From contig CAKZSO010000024.1 in NCBI GenBank assembly GCA_937921255.1, positions 11,781-75,780 of the forward strand: a stretch of 64,000 nucleotides of DNA, in the 5' to 3' direction. The translations under genes and the position numbers were made by a program. The stretch comes from Candidatus Bipolaricaulota bacterium (lineage in GTDB: Bacteria > Bipolaricaulota > Bipolaricaulia > Bipolaricaulales > Bipolaricaulaceae). This document shows, piece by piece, positions 59,347 to 64,000 of the stretch (position 1 is its first letter; each line of letters opens with the position of its first letter). The notes beneath the pieces are model-generated. The model was not told the origin of the DNA, did no database searches, and saw nothing but the letters and a program-made list of their open reading frames with translations.

Positions 59347-59718
59347 CTAGAAGCTGAGGGCAAGCCCCGTTGGGGACACCTTGAGGGTCAGCCCCTCGCG
59401 CTTCAGGGCCACGGTGTACGCGTCCCAGCCCGAGTAGAGCGCCCACAGGGTGTGGGGCAAGGCGAGAACCCCGTAGCCGTACCACGGGGAGATGGAGTAC
59501 ACAAGCGGCCACAGGACCAGTCGCCCGACCGCGATGAGCCCCACGTCGACGGCGAAGTGGAGGAGCGCCTTGTCGTACTCCGTGTTGAGGTACTGCCCGA
59601 GACCGGGAAGCGCAAACGACGCGATCCCGTGGATGAGGGGAATAGGGTTCGGTTCCTGCCGCGCCCATCCCGCCAGGCCCAGCGCCACCACCGCCAGCAC
59701 CACCGCTACGATCCGCAT
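59347..59718 (-). CDS. Small membrane protein
   Basis: Signal peptide, PGLGQY.N motif, hydrophobic segments. Confidence 0.7.
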   Translation of the reverse strand: MRIVAVVLAVVALGLAGWARQEPNPIPLIHGIASFALPGLGQYLNTEYDKALLHFAVDVGLIAVGRLVLWPLVYSISPWYGYGVLALPHTLWALYSGWDAYTVALKREGLTLKVSPTGLALSF

Positions 59719-60474
59719 CTAGCCTCCTTCGATCTCTGTCAGAACTGCATCCGGGATGTCGAAGTTCGCCACGACCTCCTGGACGTCCTCCTCTTCGTCG
59801 AGAGCGTCCATGAGCTTGATCAACCGCTCGGCGTCCTTGCCCTCCACCCGCACGGTCGCCTTGGGGACGAACGCGATCTCGGCCCGGGTCACCTCCACCC
59901 CCTCCGCCTTTAGGGCGTCGCGCACCGCGGCCACGGCACTCGACCCAGTGTAGAAGGTCAGGCTCCCATCTTCTTCGACAAAATCCTCGGCCCCGGCCTC
60001 GGCCGCCACCAGGACCAGCGCCTCGCGGTCCGTGCCCGGAGGGACCTCGCCCACCACGACCACCCCCCGGCGCTCGAACTGCCAGGCGACGCTCCCCTCT
60101 CCACCCAGACTCCCCCCGTGCCCCTCGAAGATGTGGCGCACCGAGGCCGCAGTGCGGTTCCGGTTGTCGGTGAGCGCCCGGAGGAGGATCGCCACCCCGC
60201 CTGGGCCGTACCCCTCATAGGTGACCTCGGAATACTGGACCCCGTCGAGGTTCCCCGATCCCTTCTTGATCGCCCGCTCGATGTTCTCCTTCGGCATGTT
60301 CGCCGCCCGCGCGCGCTCGATTGCGGCGGCCAGGGTGACGTTTGTGTCAGGGTTGGGGTCCTGCCGGGCGCAGACGATGAGCTCCCGGGTGAGGCGGGAG
60401 AAGAGACTTGACCGCTTTTTGTCCTGCGCCCCCTTGCGGTGCTTGATGTTCGCCCACTTGGAATGACCGGCCAT
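59719..60474 (-). CDS. yebC: YebC/PmpR family protein
   Basis: MAGHSKWANIKH, YEGYGPGG, TDNRNRT. Confidence 0.97.
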   Translation of the reverse strand: MAGHSKWANIKHRKGAQDKKRSSLFSRLTRELIVCARQDPNPDTNVTLAAAIERARAANMPKENIERAIKKGSGNLDGVQYSEVTYEGYGPGGVAILLRALTDNRNRTAASVRHIFEGHGGSLGGEGSVAWQFERRGVVVVGEVPPGTDREALVLVAAEAGAEDFVEEDGSLTFYTGSSAVAAVRDALKAEGVEVTRAEIAFVPKATVRVEGKDAERLIKLMDALDEEEDVQEVVANFDIPDAVLTEIEGG

Positions 60475-60572
60475 CGTCTCCCTCTCTGCGTGAGGGGGAA
60501 TGATAGTGACCGGAGCCGGATCAGGCAACCGTGGGTTGCGGCCAACCGGAGCGGGGAGGAGACTTGCGCAGG

Positions 60573-61328
60573 ATGGACAACACGGGCGCGATCGAGAAAG
60601 CCGCAGCCCTCCTCGAGGCGGCCCGCGCGGCGTGGGCCCTCACCGGAGCGGGGGTGAGCACCGCATCGGGAATCCCCGACTTCCGCTCTCCCGGCGGGCT
60701 GTGGGAGCAGGCCGACCCCGACGAGGTATCCTCGATCGGGGGCTTCCGCCGGAACCCGGAGGCGTTCTACCGCTTCTGGGTGTGGCGGTTCCGACAGATG
60801 GAGGAGGCCCAACCGAACCGGCTGCACACCTTCCTCGCCGCGCTCGAAGCGCGGGGCCAGCTGAGGGGGATCGTGACCCAGAACATCGACGGTCTCCACC
60901 AGCGAGCCGGATCGCGCGTCGTGTTCGAGGTCCACGGCCACGCCCGGTCGGGGACGTGCCTCCAGTGCCGCGCCCGGTACCCGACGGCAGAGATCGCCTA
61001 CCAGACGGAGATCCACGGGATGGCCCACTGCCCGTGCGGAGGGCTCATCAAGCCCGACGTGGTCCTGTTCGGCGAGGACCTGCGGCCCGACTTCGCCCAG
61101 GCCTGGGAGACGACGGCCGACGCCGATCTCCTGGTTGTCCTCGGGACTTCGCTCACCGTATGGCCGGTGGCAGGGCTCGTCCCCCGGCTGGCCGCCCGCG
61201 GGGCGAAGGTGATCATCGCCAACCGCGACCCAACCCCGTACGACGACCGGGCGGACATCGTGCTGCGGGGTGATCTCATTGCGCTCGCCCGGCGGCTCGA
61301 GGAGGCGCTTGTCAACCTTCATGCGTGA
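60573..61328 (+). CDS. cobB: NAD-dependent deacylase (sirtuin)
   Basis: [24 protein letters not shown], CxxC/CxC, GTSL. Confidence 0.95.
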   Translation: MDNTGAIEKAAALLEAARAAWALTGAGVSTASGIPDFRSPGGLWEQADPDEVSSIGGFRRNPEAFYRFWVWRFRQMEEAQPNRLHTFLAALEARGQLRGIVTQNIDGLHQRAGSRVVFEVHGHARSGTCLQCRARYPTAEIAYQTEIHGMAHCPCGGLIKPDVVLFGEDLRPDFAQAWETTADADLLVVLGTSLTVWPVAGLVPRLAARGAKVIIANRDPTPYDDRADIVLRGDLIALARRLEEALVNLHA

Positions 61329-61791
61329 GATCGAGGTCGGGAAGCTCTTCGCCAGGCGAGGAGAAACCCTCGCCGTGGCCGAGTCGTGCACCGGGGGGCT
61401 CCTCGCCGGGCGGATCACCGACGTACCGGGGGCGTCCGCGTACTTCGTGGGTGGGATCATCGCCTACAGCAACGCGGTGAAGGCAGCGCTGCTTGGGGTC
61501 CCGGAGGAGATCCTCGCGACCCAGGGCGGGGTCTCCGCCGAGTGCACCCAAGCGATGGCCCGGGGCGCGCGAAGGGTTCTCCAGGCCGATTTCGCCCTCG
61601 CCGTGAGCGGGATCGCCGGGCCCGGGGGCGGGACCCCCCACAAGCCCGTCGGGCTCGTCTACGTTGCGCTCGCCTCCCCTCACGGAGCGTGGGTCGAGGA
61701 GCACCGGTTCGCGGGATCGCGGGGCGAGAACCGCCAGTCCGCGTGTGACGCTGCCCTCGACCTCCTCCTCCGCTACCTGAGGGACCGATGA
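61321..61791 (+). CDS. CinA C-terminal domain / NMN deamidase (PncC)
   Basis: AESCTGG, G.S, YSN..K, GIAGPGG. Confidence 0.92.
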   Translation: MREIEVGKLFARRGETLAVAESCTGGLLAGRITDVPGASAYFVGGIIAYSNAVKAALLGVPEEILATQGGVSAECTQAMARGARRVLQADFALAVSGIAGPGGGTPHKPVGLVYVALASPHGAWVEEHRFAGSRGENRQSACDAALDLLLRYLRDR

Positions 61792-62864
61792 CCTCCCCGC
61801 GCTCCGCGAGGTCGCTCTGGGCGGTCCTGCGCTGGGTAGGGCTCGCAGCGTTCATGGTCGGCGGCCTCGCCCTGTTCGGCGCCCTCATCTACCTCAGCCG
61901 GCCGGGGGACATGATCACCGAGATCCGCAAGGTTGGCGTCGGGGGGGGGCTGGCTGTGGTCGCGACCGTGTTCCTCTCCATGCTCACCTGGGCCCTGAGC
62001 TGGTACGCCCTCCTCCGCGGCGCGGGCCTCCCGGTCCCGTGGCCCAGGACGGTGTCCCCCCTCCTCGTCGGGTTCGCGGTCACCTACCTCACCCCATCAA
62101 TGTACATCGGCGGAGAACCCGTGCGGGCCCACTGGGTGGCCCGCGACAGAGGAATCCCGATGGCCCGGGTCCTGGCCACGGTGATCGTCGAGCGTATTCT
62201 GTCCGGCTTCTCGGTTCTTGCGTTCGCCTCGATCGGGGTCGTGCTGACCCTTGCCTCACCCGCGGTGTCCCTGGCCGACAAGGGCACCGTGGGGATCGCC
62301 CTGGGTACGCTCGCCCTCCTCCTGGTCGGTGCCCTCGTCCTCCTCGCGCGGGAAGTCCGCTGGATCTCCCGCTTTCTCCGGTGGCTCGCGCGGCACGTGC
62401 CGGGCCGGGAGCGGCTCCTGCGCGCCGCCGGCCACGCCGCGGAGATGGAGGCGGAGATCCACCGCGCGTTCACCCTCTACCGCGGCCACACCCTGGTCGC
62501 GTTCACCCTGCAGCTCCTCACGGTGTTCCTCAGCTACATCCGACCGCAGGTGTTCTTCTACTTCACCCAGCGCGACCTGTTTTCGTTTCCCCAGCTCTCG
62601 CTCTACTTCACGTTGAGCCTGTTCGTGAACGCGTTTCTGTGGATCACCCCCGGTGGGTTCGGGACCACGGATGGAGGGCGGGTCGGCGTGTTCAGCCTCC
62701 TCGGCGTCCCGCTCAGTGCGGCGATGGCGTTCAACGTCCTGTACCGCTTGGTAGACCTGATCCTCGTTGGGATCGGAGTCCAACTCCTCGTCCGGCGGGG
62801 CCTCCTTCGCCTCCGCCACGGCCGGGTCACGGTGGACGTGGAGCGCCCCGGGGAAAAGCGTTAG
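61788..62864 (+). CDS. Lysylphosphatidylglycerol synthase TM domain / UPF0104 flippase
   Basis: TP..GGEPVR, ER, TPGG.G, YR; multiple TM segments. Confidence 0.85.
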   Translation: MTSPRSARSLWAVLRWVGLAAFMVGGLALFGALIYLSRPGDMITEIRKVGVGGGLAVVATVFLSMLTWALSWYALLRGAGLPVPWPRTVSPLLVGFAVTYLTPSMYIGGEPVRAHWVARDRGIPMARVLATVIVERILSGFSVLAFASIGVVLTLASPAVSLADKGTVGIALGTLALLLVGALVLLAREVRWISRFLRWLARHVPGRERLLRAAGHAAEMEAEIHRAFTLYRGHTLVAFTLQLLTVFLSYIRPQVFFYFTQRDLFSFPQLSLYFTLSLFVNAFLWITPGGFGTTDGGRVGVFSLLGVPLSAAMAFNVLYRLVDLILVGIGVQLLVRRGLLRLRHGRVTVDVERPGEKR

Positions 62865-62884
62865 GATTCGTCTATTTGGAGGCG

Positions 62885-63454
62885 ATGATCGCGATGGCCA
62901 GGTGGATAGCATGTGCGCTTGTTGTGGTTTGGGTTGGCGTTTCCTGGGGACAGGGGGCACTCGAGGACTTCCCCATCGGGGTCACAGCGATGACCTGGAG
63001 GGTGACAAGCGGAGGCCTCTCCTCTCCTCAAGAGCTCTCCCTCCGCGTGGAGGGGAAGCCTGGCGGGCTCTACCGAATCGAACTCGGGGTGACGGCCGAA
63101 GGAACGCCGGCCGAGCTCGGGACCCTCGGGTTCCTGGGGTCGGCCCTGTTCGTCCAGGCCTCAGGGGTCCAGGTGGACCTCTCAAGCCTCCTCGTCCTCT
63201 CCCGCCGCAGGGAGACCCTCCGCGTGGGGGAGTCCTACGTCCTCCCCGGCGGCGCGTTCCTCGCTCGGGAGCGGGCCCCCATTGCCGGAGTCGAGTGCCT
63301 CGTTGGGGAGTTCCGCCCTGCGGACCGTGTGGGCACGGTAATCGAGATCGGGTTCGCCCTGCGCGACCCCGTCTACTTTCTCCCGCTCATGCGGGTCCAC
63401 GAGGGAGACCGGGTCACGTTCGAGATGGTCCTCACCGCCTACTCGCGGCCATGA
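62885..63454 (+). CDS. Secreted hypothetical protein
   Basis: Signal peptide; GGAGG RBS; ATGA overlap with next gene. Confidence 0.7.
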   Translation: MIAMARWIACALVVVWVGVSWGQGALEDFPIGVTAMTWRVTSGGLSSPQELSLRVEGKPGGLYRIELGVTAEGTPAELGTLGFLGSALFVQASGVQVDLSSLLVLSRRRETLRVGESYVLPGGAFLARERAPIAGVECLVGEFRPADRVGTVIEIGFALRDPVYFLPLMRVHEGDRVTFEMVLTAYSRP

Positions 63455-64000
63455 GGAGCCCCCTCATCCGCCTTGAAGGGGCGGAAAAGGTGTACCGCCT
63501 GGGCGAGGTGGATGTCCCGGCCCTCCGCGGGATCGACCTCACCGTGGAACGGGGGGCGTCGCTTTCGATCATGGGGCCGTCGGGGTCGGGGAAGTCAACC
63601 CTCCTCCACCTCCTCGGGCTCCTCGATCGGCCCACGGCGGGCCGGATCCTGTGGGACGGACGGGACGTGACCGACCTCCGACCCAACGACCTCGCCGAGC
63701 TCCGCGGGCGGCACATCGGGTTCGTGTTCCAAACCTTCAACCTCGTCCCGACCCTTACGGCACTCGAAAACGTGGAGCTCCCGCTCGTTTTCCTCGGGGT
63801 CCCCCCCCGGGCGCGGCGGGCGCGGGCCGAGGAGCTCCTGGACCGACTGGGGTTGGGAAAGCGGATGACCCACAAGCCCCGGCAGCTCTCGGGGGGGGAG
63901 CAACAGCGGGTGGCGATCGCCCGGGCCCTCGCCCCGGACCCCGAGCTGATCCTGGCCGATGAGCCGACGGGAAACCTCGACTCCGCGACCGGCCGGGAGA
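63451..64000 (+). CDS. LolD/MacB-like ABC ATPase (truncated by window end)
   Basis: Manual translation: [43 protein letters not shown]. Confidence 0.93.
   Translation, partial: MRSPLIRLEGAEKVYRLGEVDVPALRGIDLTVERGASLSIMGPSGSGKSTLLHLLGLLDRPTAGRILWDGRDVTDLRPNDLAELRGRHIGFVFQTFNLVPTLTALENVELPLVFLGVPPRARRARAEELLDRLGLGKRMTHKPRQLSGGEQQRVAIARALAPDPELILADEPTGNLDSATGRE

Noticed and set aside
60573-61328. Sir2-based defence system
   Set aside because: Standard zinc-binding CobB next to PncC; fits NAD salvage

Overview
GC-rich bacterial chromosomal window. The gene mix (Thermotoga-type RNase Z, DUF4438, holB-yaaT synteny) suggests a deep-branching lineage such as Ca. Bipolaricaulota/Acetothermia; this is inference, not demonstrated. 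From about 18.4 kb onward it is mostly housekeeping: tRNA-Pro, holB, ricT, fusA, pgsA, tpiA, rsmH-ftsL-ftsI, gabT, rnz, serS, glgA, recA-recX-ispF, rseP, tilS, yebC, cobB, cinA. Two accessory zones stand out. (i) 1.5-18 kb: a DOMON/heme-membrane pair, a beta-carbonic anhydrase, a decayed ATP-citrate lyase, a peptide ABC transporter bracketed by a duplicated gene end, and several pseudogenes. (ii) 25.6-29.6 kb: a cluster of small envelope proteins including an M48 protease with a probable DNA-binding N-terminus. The best candidate for an unreported system is at 44.9-53.5 kb, where an SDR, a Bacteroides-like serine palmitoyltransferase and an acyl-CoA ligase share a strand with the ATPases of a convergently split HAAT ABC importer, suggesting sphingolipid synthesis from imported acyl substrates. 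No CRISPR array, rRNA, transposase or integrase was seen. All family assignments come from motif recognition, not database searches.
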